DNA from: the human T2T-CHM13v2.0 reference genome, Homo sapiens
Assembly (NCBI RefSeq): GCF_009914755.1
Contig: NC_060942.1
Length of the DNA: 64,000 nt
Direction: 5' to 3' (one strand)
Part shown: positions 1 to 13,825 of the stretch, one piece after another
How positions within the stretch are numbered: the stretch's first letter is position 1
Layout: every line of letters begins with the position of its first letter
Translations under genes and position numbers: made by a program
The notes under the pieces: generated by a model
What the model was told of the DNA's origin: nothing
Seen by the model: only the letters and a program-made list of their open reading frames with translations
Databases searched by the model: none

Positions 1-29
1 TGATACCTTATACTTCTTAATATTCTGTT

Positions 30-500
30 ATATCACTCAAGATTGTTTGGTTGCATGCAAGACAATGACTTGGGTAACCTAACTAAAGAGAACATTTAAG
101 GGCTTCGTAAATAAAAAGCTAAGGATAAAACTTTAGATGCAGCTTAATCCAATACTCCAAATGCCATTAGAGCCATCTCTCTCCCATGTTCACTTCTCCT
201 CTTTTCTGGGTTGATGTTATTCTCAGGCCCAAAGATAAACACCATCAGTGTCTGGCTTATGTGGTTCTTACAGCACATGCTTGTGTAGCAGAAGGAAAAT
301 ACTCTTTGTCACTCTCTGAATCTTCATAGCAATCCCTAGAAAGGGCTCTCATTGGTCTTACTGGGGTCACATAGTTGTTTATGCCGATAGGCCAGCCTGA
401 CTTGCAGGTCTACCATTTGCTGAGGACAGTGTTTTCTTTTGATTGACAACCCTGCCAGACTGTAGGGAATAGGCAAGAGGCAGTCTTACAAAGAAACTGA
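30..500 (-). mobile_element. Possible ancient MaLR LTR remnant (MLT1K/L-like)
   Basis: Motifs 'tttggttgcatgcaagaca' and 'gctctcattggtcttactggggtcacat' resemble old MLT1 LTRs. Highly diverged, boundaries approximate. Confidence 0.35.
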
Positions 501-736
501 TACAAGGAACCAACAAAGTAACAATGTCCAAATCGCCCCACAAATGTCTTCACCTTATAGATACTTAACTAATGTGTGTTGATAATGATGATGAAGTGTT
601 TGCAGAAGAAGGAAGACTAGGGATCCAAAAAGGGGGATTCTGGGCATCTGGGGGCACAAGAGGCTGCCGCTGGGGGTGTGGGAAAGGTCAACGGCACTGA
701 AAATGAGAAAAATTTTGCTCCAAAAGGAGGCTGGGA

Positions 737-865
737 GCTAGGTACAGTGGCTCACGCCTATAATCCCATCACTTTGGGAGGCTGAGGTGGGAATTCGAGA
801 CCAGCCTGGGCAACATAGTGAGACCTGTTTCTACAAAAAACCAACCCAACCCAAACCAAAACAAC
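737..865 (+). mobile_element. Alu monomer (FLAM-like) with internal deletion
   Basis: Alu left-arm sequence 'ggtacagtggctcacgcctataatccc...gagaccagcctgggcaacatagtgagacc', C-interrupted A tail, and degenerate TSD caaaaggaggctggga (721-736) / caaaaagaggcttga (866-880). Confidence 0.85.
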
Positions 866-1461
866 CAAAAAGAGGCTTGAGTGAGGGATGTTGCTCATAG
901 TGAAGATCCGACGTTTTTTATTTCACACTTTTGCCTGTGGCTGACGCTGACTGACGGGAAAGTATTTGCTGAACCAAATGACTCTATAAAGATAACATGC
1001 TTTCCAGCAGTTTCCTTTTCGGGGGGATGGGGTGACATGGCACACTTTCTGGTTTTGATGAATCACCCCAGATAGCAGGAGGCTTTCGTTTGCTTATATA
1101 CTAGATCAATTTCAAGGTCTCAAACTGTGTATTATAATTAGCAATGCAAACCTCCAGAGCATCATCTCTTACTCTAAAGAAAATATTGTGTAGATCTAGT
1201 AGAGTATTCTCATGAGCTTTATTTTTCCTCACCCCTCTACTGAGTTCTTTCAGTGTCCAAGCTGACTGAGAAAGCCACTCTTTAGAAAGTAGAATCTGAT
1301 GTTGAGATCTCTTTATTAATAAGTATAGGCCCAATGGTTGCAGAATTCTCTTCTATGTTTAATGGCCCTTTATTAATTAGTCCTCAGTATCATAGAGAGA
1401 ATGAAAATGAGACTATGGTTCTATGGGAGGAAGAAAAAAAACCTCTGTTGGGACAATCTGA

Positions 1462-2081
<620 letters not shown>

Positions 2082-2099
2082 TCACTTCTCTCTTGTTGG

Positions 2100-2370
2100 A
2101 GCTCTCAGGAAAGTGGACGCTTACTCTTCTCCACCAGTTAAAAGTAAGAGTAAGTTCTGGAATGGGATGAGTCCCCATGAATGTGGAGCCAATCTGGAGG
2201 AGAGCAGAGTCAAGAGATAGAGAAAGGGACACTGAATCTTTGGTGACATTTTTGAAGCCCTGATCAAGCCTTCCTAAAGTCTACTTCTGTGTGCTAATTA
2301 TGTCCCTTTCTCATAAGCTAGTTTGAGCTGGTTTTTCTCTTACTCTCATATCAAGAGTTCTGATAGTCAC
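2100..2370 (+). mobile_element. Old MLT1 (J/K-like) LTR fragment
   Basis: 'ccctgatcaagcc' and 'taagctagtttgagctggttttt' resemble the MLT1J/K 3' end. Confidence 0.5.
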
Positions 2371-2699
2371 AACATATGACAATAACCTTCACCCATCAAA
2401 GAGATGCTATAATGGTGAGGAATGGTTTCATGAGTTAAGACCACTAAGATAAGCATTGGAGGTCCAGCATTTACTTTCCTCTAATGATACTCCTTACTTT
2501 TTCTTGACTTTCATATCGCTAGGGTCCCATTCTGTGTGAACCTGCAAAAAAAAGACCTTAATTAGTGAAATTTTGTATCTAGGTTGCAGTGTGTTCAGAG
2601 AGGAATGTGCTCGATGCAGGTGTTAGGAGAAGTGTATATTGGTCATCTTGAGTGTAGAATTTCTGCAAATAAGAGCTGACTCTGCAGAAGCAGTGTGCT

Positions 2700-2870
2700 G
2701 GGTTAAAAAGAGCCCTGGGCAGGAGGCAGGAGAGAATGGGGTTGTGCCTCTATTAGCTTGTGACTTGGGGATAAGGAAGTTAAGTGGCCAGGGCTCAGCT
2801 TTCTCATTTATAAAACGAAGGGCCTGAGTGAAATGGTTTGGAAGATCCTTCCAGCTCGGAAGATGTATGA
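2700..2870 (+). mobile_element. MIR-family SINE
   Basis: Core 'tgtgacttggg...ctcagctttctcatttataaaa' and tail 'gatccttccagctc'. Confidence 0.6.
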
Positions 2871-3083
2871 CTTAATGAATTGAAGCACCCAGCCAGCCCT
2901 TTCAGGGGAGTGGGAGGCTTCTTAGCCTCCTAGGATGCCCCTGATGTGGGGCGCCCCGTTGGAAGGAGGTTTCCAGTTTTCAGTGGCTCACTTCAGAATG
3001 GGTAGACTGAGTAGTAATGAGCTTTACATCTGCATTCAGTGGCTGCTCAATTTTTAATTTAATGTGTATTATTTTATTTTTCA

Positions 3084-3175
3084 TTTTTTTGAGACAGGGT
3101 CTCACTCTGTTACCCAGGCTGGAGTGCAGTGGTGCGATTATAACTCACTGCAGGCTCCAATTCCTGGGCTGAAGC
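3084..3175 (-). mobile_element. Truncated AluJ right-arm fragment
   Basis: 'gagacagggtctcactctgttacccaggctggagtgcagtgg...ctcactgcag'. Confidence 0.85.
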
Positions 3176-3539
3176 CCAAGATTAAATGCAGCTGCTATTT
3201 TATGAGAGGAGAAAAATTACTGTGGGTGAACCCCCTTCCCTCATTCATTAATTTGAGGCAAAGAGTCTGAAGGGTTAGCCTATTTGAAAGAGCACTAAGA
3301 CTTGTGTGAAGTCAAAAAGGAAGTGAGTGCCAAGGGCCCCTGACACTTTGCCCAGGGCCAGCTCAGGATAAGGACAGATAGCTGGGAGCTGGAGAGACTG
3401 TCACCTGCTTCTGGGCTCTGCTGAGGGCTGCCTTCCCCGCACCTGTGCATTAGGAATGCTGGGTCCCCCCACAGAGTGACATCCTTGCTGTGAGCAGCGG
3501 AAGCAGCAGGAGCTGGCAAAGGCGCTCTTCAAGAAGGCT

Positions 3540-3874
3540 TTTTCTTCTTCTTTTTTTTTTTTTGAGATAGGGACAGGGTCTCACTGTGTCTTCTAGGCTG
3601 GGGTGCTGTGGTGAGATTGCATGATCATAGCTCAGCTCACTGCAGACTCAAACTACTGGGCTCAAGTGATCCTTCTGCCTAAGCCTCCTGAATAGCTGGA
3701 ACTACAGGCGTGTGCCATCATACCTGTCCAGTTTTTAAATTTTTTTTTTTTTTTAACAGAGATGGGTTCTCACTGTGTTGCCCAGGCTGTTCTCAAACTG
3801 TTGGCCTCAAGTGAGCCTCCTGCCTCTGCCTCACAAAGCACTGGGATTATAGGTATAAGCCACCACGTATAGCT
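3540..3874 (-). mobile_element. AluJ element
   Basis: Poly-T plus reverse dimer with J-type 'ctgggctcaagtgatcc' and 'atcatagctca'. Confidence 0.9.
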
Positions 3875-3904
3875 CTTTTGTTTTTTCTTTTTAAGGATTG
3901 TGTT

Positions 3905-4480
<576 letters not shown>

Positions 4481-4567
4481 TGAGGCTCTTCCTGGGCTGT
4501 GACTCTCAGGGTGGCAGGATACAGGATCCTCATCAGCATCTTGATTAGCCACAGCCATTCATCTCAC

Positions 4568-5440
<873 letters not shown>

Positions 5441-5639
5441 ATATCATTTGTCTCTTTTTAACTGCAGGGGCACAAAGAAAAATGGAAATTGCTGTCACCT
5501 TTGGCTGGAAAGGATGGTGCTATCATGTTGTTTTTTATGTATCTCCCTTATAGCACATTCTTTGCTCTCTGAGGTTATAGTCAATAGTGAGCTGGAAAGA
5601 ATTTCCACAATGAAATTGGAAAGGCCTGGAACAGTGCCT

Positions 5640-5975
5640 TAAATTTTCTGAATCCTTTGTTTTCTCATCTGTAAAATGTGTCCAGGATTGCTGTGAGTCG
5701 TGAACAAGACAACAGTCACAGAGCTCTTGGCAGGGGCCCAGTGCTAAGTGGGAATTGACTCAATGCTATGCTCCTTGACCCTCTCCAAGCAAGGGATGGT
5801 GTCTTTGCTCTCTGCGTGCTCAGCACCTGGCAAGGGTCCTGACACTAAAGAGCTTGTTCAATAGTTGTTCAATGGATGAATCCATGATGAGGGGATGCGT
5901 GAAAGCATCATGAGCAAGAAAATGCCTGCATATAGTAGGTGTTCAATACATGTTAGGCAATGGGATGAATGTATT
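5640..5975 (+). mobile_element. MIR fragment followed by L2 3'-end fragments
   Basis: 'tttctcatctgtaaaatg' (MIR core) and 'atagtaggtgttcaatacatgtt...gatgaat' (L2 tail). Confidence 0.55.
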
Positions 5976-6509
5976 AAAAAGGGCATTAAAACTGCAGGAA
6001 AAATGCTATTCTTAACAGAAGCTCCCAACAGAAATATTTTTCTTGGCATTTGGGAGACTCTGCCTAAGATCACTCATAGGGAACATATGTACAGCTGTCT
6101 CTTCCCCTTTGAAATTAATTGGTCTTTGCTCAAGCTTCTGTCTGTCTCCATAGAGGAGGAAGTGCCTTCTTCTTTTTTATGGAGTAATAATCACATGACA
6201 TTTTCCTGTCTCTCATCATTGGGAGCTGAGCAGTGGGAGGGCCAGAGAAAGCCTGTCTGACCTGTCTGAATGATCCTGTTTGCTGCTTTTATGCCCTGGC
6301 ATCCCGGGCCATGCTGGGATGCCATTCTGGACATGCCAGGGAGAGCCTGGCACACAAGGAGATAAGACAGTTTAGTTTAACACAAATTGAATGATTCCAG
6401 CCTCAAGTCCCAATCAAAGAGATTTACTGTGTTTTTAAAAAGACACGAATGTTGACTTGACTAGTGAAAAGATGCATGGAGGCTGCACCAAGCAAGGAGC
6501 CTTATAGGA

Positions 6510-6765
6510 ACCATTAAATCAATGTGGCTACAGCATATCTTAGTTGTGATCCCTGAGAAATATAAATCAACCTTGTACTCTGAGATTAAGATATGCTCTC
6601 CAGATAGCTGGCACTTTTAAGAATGGCACAAGTTTTACGTTAAAAGACCTTAAAATGCACAAAGATGTATCAATAAGAGCCGGGGCAAATTTCCGTTTAT
6701 GAACGAATAATTTTCTCTTATTGTTTACAGAGGTCAGGCAAAGTGCATTTATTTATGTAACTCAG
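6510..6765. promoter_or_regulatory. Candidate hepatocyte-type enhancer (motif cluster)
   Basis: In non-repeat sequence: ATCAATA 6669-6675 (ONECUT), TGTTTAC 6722-6728 (FOXA/FOXO), AGGTCA 6731-6736, AGGCAAAGTGCA 6736-6747 (HNF4-like) and TTATGTAAC 6753-6761 (PAR-bZIP/NFIL3). Motif evidence only. Confidence 0.4.
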
Positions 6766-7189
6766 GCAGAAGCATCCTGTTGAGGGGAAGGTGAGAAGGA
6801 GTGGGGGATCCTGGATTTTTACAGATGGTCTGTCCTTATTGATCATGTTCAAATGCTTGAGTCCCTGTTTCATTTTCTCTGGGAAGAGAGGACTCACTTA
6901 TCAATTCACCACAAAATACACAGCATAGCATGGGTTGGGCACGCCCTTCTGGTGACAAGGAGCTTGTATGCTGGGCTGATGGTGAGAATGAGGTGTCTTT
7001 TTGGGGAGTTTTACGGGCTGTGTTGGATGATCTTATATGCGTAACCCCTCTATGGTGATCATTTCTTACGGGGAGAAAATGTGGGGCTGAAGGTGAAACA
7101 AATTGCTCTTTGTCCAAGAAGGTTACTGCACTTTTGTAAATAACACTTCAAATTGAGTGGGACAACATGGAACACCTGCCTGGTATGGG

Positions 7190-7320
7190 GAATAGGGAGC
7201 TGAGATTATAGGTTCACGAGGGTTTTTATTTTTATTTTTTGCCACTTTGGAAGAGTTCACTATGTTTGACCTTGGACAAGTCACTTCATCTCTCTGGGGC
7301 TCTGTTTCTTCTCCCCAGTA
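7190..7320 (+). mobile_element. MIR fragment
   Basis: 'tgaccttggacaagtcacttcatctctctggggctctgtttc'. Confidence 0.65.
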
Positions 7321-7335
7321 AGAGCATCTATTAAT

Positions 7336-7549
7336 CAGTGTTTTCCAAATTGCTCTGTGAGAAGACCTAGGTTTTGTCAGATAATTCTGTGGCAGCTGGG
7401 GATGGGGATGGAGGCAGGTGGATGGGGCTCTGGAGCCCCAGACTCTCCTTTAAAACAGTTTTGCTTTTCCTGTTCTATACTTTAGCACTCACTCAGTGGT
7501 GTTATTTGCAAAATGAGATATCCTACTAAAAAATATTGAAAACCCACTG
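7336..7549. mobile_element. hAT-Charlie-type MITE
   Basis: Terminal inverted repeats cagtgttttccaa ... ttgaaaacccactg. Confidence 0.55.
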
Positions 7550-8763
7550 GACTTGTTTGTCTCTTACATTTCTTTTTCACTTTAAAATTTGGAGCCCTGC
7601 ATCCCTAGGCTTTCCCTGCTCCCCAGGGTCCTTTCTTTGTGCTGGGGGAGGTGAGTTGTCAAAATGAGGCTGTGGACCACCAAGCCTTAGCTCAGTGTCA
7701 CTGTGAGAGCCCATTTCTCTAATTCAGGACCTGCCACAAATACAGAGAGGCTCAACCCACGGAAGGGGAGCTGAGGAGCCTGCCAGCTCTCATTACAAGT
7801 TTCAAGCATTCTGATGACCTTATTTAGGAATAGGTGAGTCTCTTCATCTGGCCGTTAAGTCCCATGAACCCAGAAACTTGTCACTCTTTTAGGATTTCGT
7901 AAAAGAAATGGCTGCATGTCTCACAAAAGAGGCCTCCAGAGTGGTATGAGCAGGCTATTTTTTTGCTTAAAATATATTGCCTGATAGCCTGAAGGCCGGC
8001 TCAGGAAGAGGGCTGGGGAGGCAGGGCAACACCCTGTAACTGGCTGCTTAGTGTTTATGCTGATGAAGTGACCATCTGCATCAAATAATTATAAGCGGTC
8101 TCCCCTGACTGATCTCCATGTGCTGACACAGACTGAGAGGAGGCATCCCCTTTACGGCCGCTGCAGCCCGGGGCGGGAGGCTGAGGAGGAGATCATGTGT
8201 ACTCCTCCACTTCAAGGCACACAACCTGCTGAGTGGACAGGTGCTGGCAGTGTGATGTCCATGGGCAATGAAGCCTGCCTGTCCTCCGAGCTGACATCTA
8301 TATCTCCATCGATCTGGATTTCAAAACTGACACAACATAAGGAATGTCACTCTCTATTACTCCATATTCACATTCATCTCCATTGCATTGGAAGTCCTCT
8401 GAGGAAATATCTTGATCACAACTGCCCTCTTCTTTCAGCTGAACAGGATAAGCCACTGCAGTGGGGCAGTGGTGTGTGTTATCAACCTTCTGGTTTTGTC
8501 TCCTGGTTGTGGGTGCTGTCCAGCATTTGCTAGAATGGTGAAATGATTGCAAATTGTTTTTAGGGTTTCATAATTCTGGCCAAGTCCAGTTTTTCCTTTG
8601 TTAGTGAAATAGAGTTGGCATTTAGATCTGATATTTGGATGCGTTTGTGCATGGCAAGTTTCATTTGTTAACTTTCAGAATAATTAATGTCACTTTGGAA
8701 CCTGGATACCAGCACAGTGCAAGTATAACTCAGCTCTGCCCATGCAACTCACTCTTGTCTCAG

Positions 8764-8869
8764 GTGTTCTGACTTTGGCTCCCTGACAATTCTTTCTCTG
8801 GCACTTTCTCCAGTCCTGAGAAAACCTCTGGCAGGGCAACTGCAGGCCTGACTGGGCAGACATCATCCG
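8764..8869 (+). other. Candidate non-coding exon (106 nt)
   Basis: Acceptor 'ctcactcttgtctcag|G' and donor 'CCG|gtgagt'. Stop codons in all three frames. Confidence 0.25.
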
Positions 8870-9154
8870 GTGAGTGTTCGTGGTGCAATTTTGTACAACT
8901 AGAAGCAGAGAACCCACTTCTATTTGCTGAGAGGAGCTAAGAAAATCTTTTGAGATTTTGAATTTGTGTTTTGTGACTGAGAGATGATGTCAAATGTACT
9001 TCCATTTGTGTTTTAAGGCAGAATTTTAGAAGGTCACTGCAGGGGAGGGGTTTTCTTATGTACTGGATGGCAGTTTCATTGCTTTTAAATAAAAACACGT
9101 ATAGGTATATTTAATGTTCCTTTAAAAAACAAAATAAGAAAGAAAACCTTTTAT

Positions 9155-9235
9155 TTATATCTATTTATTATCTATCTATCTATCTGTCTCCCTATCTATC
9201 AATCAGTCATCTATCTAGCTACCTCTATCATCTAT
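9155..9235. repeat. Degenerate (TCTA)n microsatellite
   Basis: 'tctatctatctatctgtc...tctatctagctacctctatc'. Confidence 0.8.
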
Positions 9236-9566
9236 AAGTCATTCTAAAAATCCAGCACTAATATACTTTGGCGTTCTTCGTAAATACACTTCAGGACTTT
9301 TCTGGGAAGAGTGAGAGACCTCAAATAGGACATATGCAGACTAGATACATTTATTAATGAAAGAGTTAAATTCTTAATGAGAAATTTCATGTTTGACTTC
9401 CAACTCAGTCGAAATAATACACTGGCTTTAATTATAGGCCTTTTATTTGCTTTCCATTTGTGCAGCTCCTTTATGTCATTATTTGAAACTAAGCTCTGAG
9501 AGTTACAAGAAGGTGGACTAAGCACACACAGTGTTCCCCTGTTCCAGGTCATTAGAAATGATAGAA

Positions 9567-9643
9567 ACACACACATACGTGTGCATACATACATATACAT
9601 ATATGCACACACATGTTCATACATATATATACACATGTATGTA
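9567..9643. repeat. (CA/TA)n compound microsatellite
   Basis: Alternating purine-pyrimidine tract 'acacacacatacgtgtgcatacatacatat...'. Confidence 0.85.
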
Positions 9644-11106
9644 TTCAGAGACTAGACTAGGAATCTTCCCATGGACCATAAACTGTGAGGAATCCTAGCA
9701 AGGAAAAACAGATAGAATCAGATTGAAGAAGAAGCTCCAGAGATGCTCAGAGAAGGTACTCTTTGTTGGAGGTGGAGGTGGAGGACTCTTGAAGCAGGGG
9801 AGATTTGGAGGCAACTAACATGCCATATGCCCATCTGGTGGTAGATGATGGTTCCAGAAGGGAAACCCGGGCCTTTCCTCTCTAATGGCCATATTTCTAC
9901 CACAGCTTCTAGAATAGGCACAGGAAACTAGCAGGGTCTACACAGCACAAAGTGAGTAGAAATTTGGCTGCATCTTATCAATTTGAGCACTGTACTTTAG
10001 TAAAGTGTGTAATCCAGGATTAATTACAATAGTTTCTTTTTCTTTGTTTAATTTCGTATTTTTTGCTTTAAGAAATTAACTTTTCTGAGGTGTAATTTAT
10101 ATGGAAGAAAATGGACCAATTTTAAGTGGACAATTCAATAAGTCACTTAATTGTAATGTAAGTGTACAATTCTGACAAATGTATACAGTGTGTAACCACT
10201 GCTGCAATCATGATAGAGACATGGTTCCTCCAGAAGTTAAACATAGAGTTATGCAATCTGGTAATTTCCTTTCCCTGGGGGTGTACCCAAGACAAAAACA
10301 TGTTCACACAAAAACGACTACGTAAATGTCTACAGCAGCAAAATTTATCGCCCCAAAAAGTTCTCTTGTGCTGCTTTATAGGCATTCCTCTCCTCCTACC
10401 TCTTACCCATGACCATCACTGATTTGCCTTTTGTCAGTAGAGTTTTGACTTTTCTAGAGTTTTATTTACACAGAATCACACAGCGTGTGGTCCTTTGTAA
10501 TTGCTTTCTTTTGTCTGGCTTCCTTTTTTTAGATTCATCCATATTGTTGTGTGTATCATTGGTTTGTTCCTTTTTATTTCTAGGTAGTGGTCCGTTATAT
10601 GAACATACTGAGGTTTGTTTATCTGGTCAACAGTTGATGAGTATTTAGATTGTTTCTAGTTTTTGGTTCACATGAAGGTTTTGAATGTTAAATCTTGCAT
10701 TCCTGGGATGAATGCTATAAACATTTGAGTACAAAACTTTGTGAAAACATTTAGTTTCATTTCTTTTGGATAAATACCTGAAAGGGATTACTGAGTCATA
10801 TGGTATATGCATTCTTTAAAACAATTTTTTTAACTGTTTTCCAGTGTGGCTCTACCATTTCGTATTTCTGCCAGCAATGTATGATGGATGGTTCTAGTTC
10901 TTCCACTTCCCTTGTCATCATCCTAGTCAGCATAGTCTTTTAAATTTTAGCCATTCTATGAGTGTGGCATGGTATCTCATGGTTTTCATATATATTTCCT
11001 TAAAGGCTAATGATGGTAAGCATGTTTTCCTGTGTTAATTTGCCAGTTATAGATCTTCTTTAGTGAAGTGTTTATTCTAATTTTTTGTCATTTTTCTTCT
11101 CGTTAA

Positions 11107-11402
11107 TTTTTTTTTTTTTTTTTTTTTTTTTAAGAGAGACAATGTCTCACTCTGTCACTCAGGCTGGAGTGCAGTGGTGTGATCACAGCTCACTGCAGCC
11201 TTGAACTCCTGGGCTCAAGCGATCCTCCGACCTCAGGCTCCTGAGTAGCTGGGACTACAGGCGTGCACAACCATGCTTGACTAATTTCTTAATTTTTTGT
11301 AGAGAAAGAGTCTCACTTTGTTTCCCAGGCTGGTCTCAAATTCCTGGCCTCCTCCCGCCTCAGCCTCCTAAAGCGCTGGGATTACAGGTGTGAACCCAAC
11401 CC
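11107..11402 (-). mobile_element. AluJ element
   Basis: Poly-T plus reverse dimer with 'cactgcagccttgaactcctgggctcaagcgatcc'. Confidence 0.9.
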
Positions 11403-12965
11403 TGTTCTGTTTTTAAGTTGGCCTGTCTTTTAATTATTGAGTTTTGTTTTTGACATATATTTCACAAGCATTTTCTCCCAGTCCGTGAGAAAAATAAATC
11501 CACCTGTTCCCGATCTTAGGGTGAAAGTACTTAGTCTTTCACCATTAAGGATAGTATTTGCTGTAGGCTTTTTGTAGCTGCTCTTTATCCAGTTGAGGAA
11601 GTTTCCTTCTATTTCTAGTTTGCTGAGAGCTTTTATCATAAATGAATGTTGACTTATGTCAAATTCTCTTTCTGAATCTATTGAGATGAACTTGTGGTTG
11701 TTCTTTTTGCATTTATTAACATGATGATTACATCAATTGGTTTTTAATGTTAAATCTTGCATTCCCGGGATGAATTTTACTTGGTTATAAGGTGTTATCC
11801 CTTTTATGTATTGATGGATTTGATTTTCTCTAACTTTGTTAACATGTTTAATGTTTATATTTATTAAGAAAATTGGTTGTAATTTTCTCTGATAATATCT
11901 TGTGTGGTTTTTGTATTAAGGTAATGTTGATGTCATAACATGAAATAGGAAGCATTCTCTTCTATTCTTCTGGAGAAATTGAGTGTAGAATTTGTATTAT
12001 TTAATTCTTAGATGTTTGGAATAATTCATCAGTGAATTCTTTATGTGAAGTTTTCTGGAGTTTTCTTCATATAAAAGTTTTAAACTATGAATTAAATTTA
12101 CTTAATAATTTAATTTGATTCTTTATTGTGAAGGGGCCATTCAGATTATTGATTTCTTCTTGAATGAGGTTTGCATCTCAAGGAATTTTTTCATTCCATC
12201 TAAGTTATCAAATTTATTGGCATGAAATTCATAATATTCCCCTATTATCTTTTCAATAGCTGTAGAATGTGTAGTGATGGCCTATCTTTCAGTCCTGATG
12301 TTGGTGTTTGTATCTTCTTTTCTTTATTTTTCATCAGTTTCACTAGAGTTTTATCAATTTTATTTATATTTTCAAAAAACAACTTTTGTTTCCATTGTTT
12401 TTCTGTTTTCATTTAAATTAATTTCTATATGTACATACACACACAAATGAACACACACAGACTTGTTTTATGGCCTCCAGTATGATCTATCCTGGTGATT
12501 GTTCTAGGTGTACTCAAAAAAGAATATACCTTCTGCCAGTGTTAATTGGAGTGTTTTATAAATGTCAGGTCAAATTCATTGATAGTGTTGTTCAAATCTT
12601 CCATAGCTATACTGATTTTCTGTCTACTTGATCTATCAGTTACTGAGAGAGGAGTGTTAAACTCTCCAACAATAATTGTGGATTCATTTATTTTGCCTTT
12701 GTATTTTGTCAATTTTTCTTCATATATTTAAAGACTCTGTTATTAGGTACATATATTTAGGATTATCGTGTCCTCTTGATAAGAGGATCCCTTTGTCATT
12801 ATAAAATATCCTTATCCTAGGTAATATTCTGTGTTCTAAAAATCTACCTTGTCTAATATAGCCATTCCAACTTTCTTTTGATTCATGTTTTCATGTATAA
12901 AATTTTCCATCCTTTTACTTTTAACTTATCCATGTCTTACTCTCCACCCTGCCTTGCCCTGTTCT

Positions 12966-13318
12966 GCCTTTCCTTTCCTTTCCTTTCTCTGTCTCTTTCT
13001 TTCTTTTGACAGGATCTTGCTGTTGCCTGGGCTGAAGTGCAGTGGCATGATCACAACTCACTGCAGCTTTGACATCCTTGGCTTAAGTGATCCTCCCACC
13101 TTAGCCTCCCGAGCTGAAACCACAGGTAGCCGCCACCATGCTCAGCTAACTTTTTTTGTATTTCTTTCTTTCTTTCTTTCTTTCTTTCTTTTTTTTTTTG
13201 TTTTGAGAGACAGGATCTCCCTTTTCTGCCCAGGCTGGTTTCAAACTGCTTCAAGCAATCCTCCCATCTCAGCCACCCAAAGTGCTGGGATTACAGGTGT
13301 GAGCCACCACGCCCAGCC
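12966..13318 (-). mobile_element. AluJ with tail and linker converted to (TTTC)n repeats
   Basis: Reverse dimer ending 'gagccaccacgcccagcc', with (TTTC)n at about 13161-13190. Confidence 0.9.
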
Positions 13319-13740
13319 TAGATTAATTTTTTTATGGTTTCATTTCATCTTTACTTTTAACTTAGTAGCTATACATTTCCAATTTTTATTATTATTTATT
13401 GGTTTTAACACTCTTGTCTGTTAGTCCCATCATTTCTGTTATTTCTTTGCTTGTTTCCATGTATTGATTTTCTATTGCTATAGAACACATTTTCTTGCTT
13501 CTTTTCATACCTTGTAATTTTTTAAAAATCAGATATTGTGCAGTGTAAATTTTATACTGTTACTTGCTGGATTTTGTGCACTGTTAAGTGACTTTGAATT
13601 AGCTTTTCTTTTTGATTTGCTTTTATACTTTGTTAGGGCAGTTTCACAGCAGTCTTTAATCTAGGTCTAATTTAATCTCATTGTTAAGGCAATACCCTTT
13701 TGTGGATCCTACCTGATGCCCCATATTATGATATCTTTCT

Positions 13741-13825
13741 GATTTATGAAGCCAGATTAAATAAGCTGGGAGTTCTGGGTTTTCTTGAAACCATTAAGGA
13801 TTAATTGATTTCAGTTAACTACTTT
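13741..13825 (+). repeat. 85-bp dispersed direct repeat, copy A (copy B at 15360-15444)
   Basis: Ungapped match of 71/85 to 15360-15444. Confidence 0.9.

Noticed and set aside
8120-8533. 137-aa ORF in unique sequence
   Set aside because: It has a non-ATG start, no recognisable domain, and a length compatible with chance.
12885-13424. Longest ORF (179 aa) and other ORFs with 'LECSG...AHCNL...[10 protein letters not shown]' peptides
   Set aside because: These are translations of antisense Alu plus microsatellite sequence, not genes.
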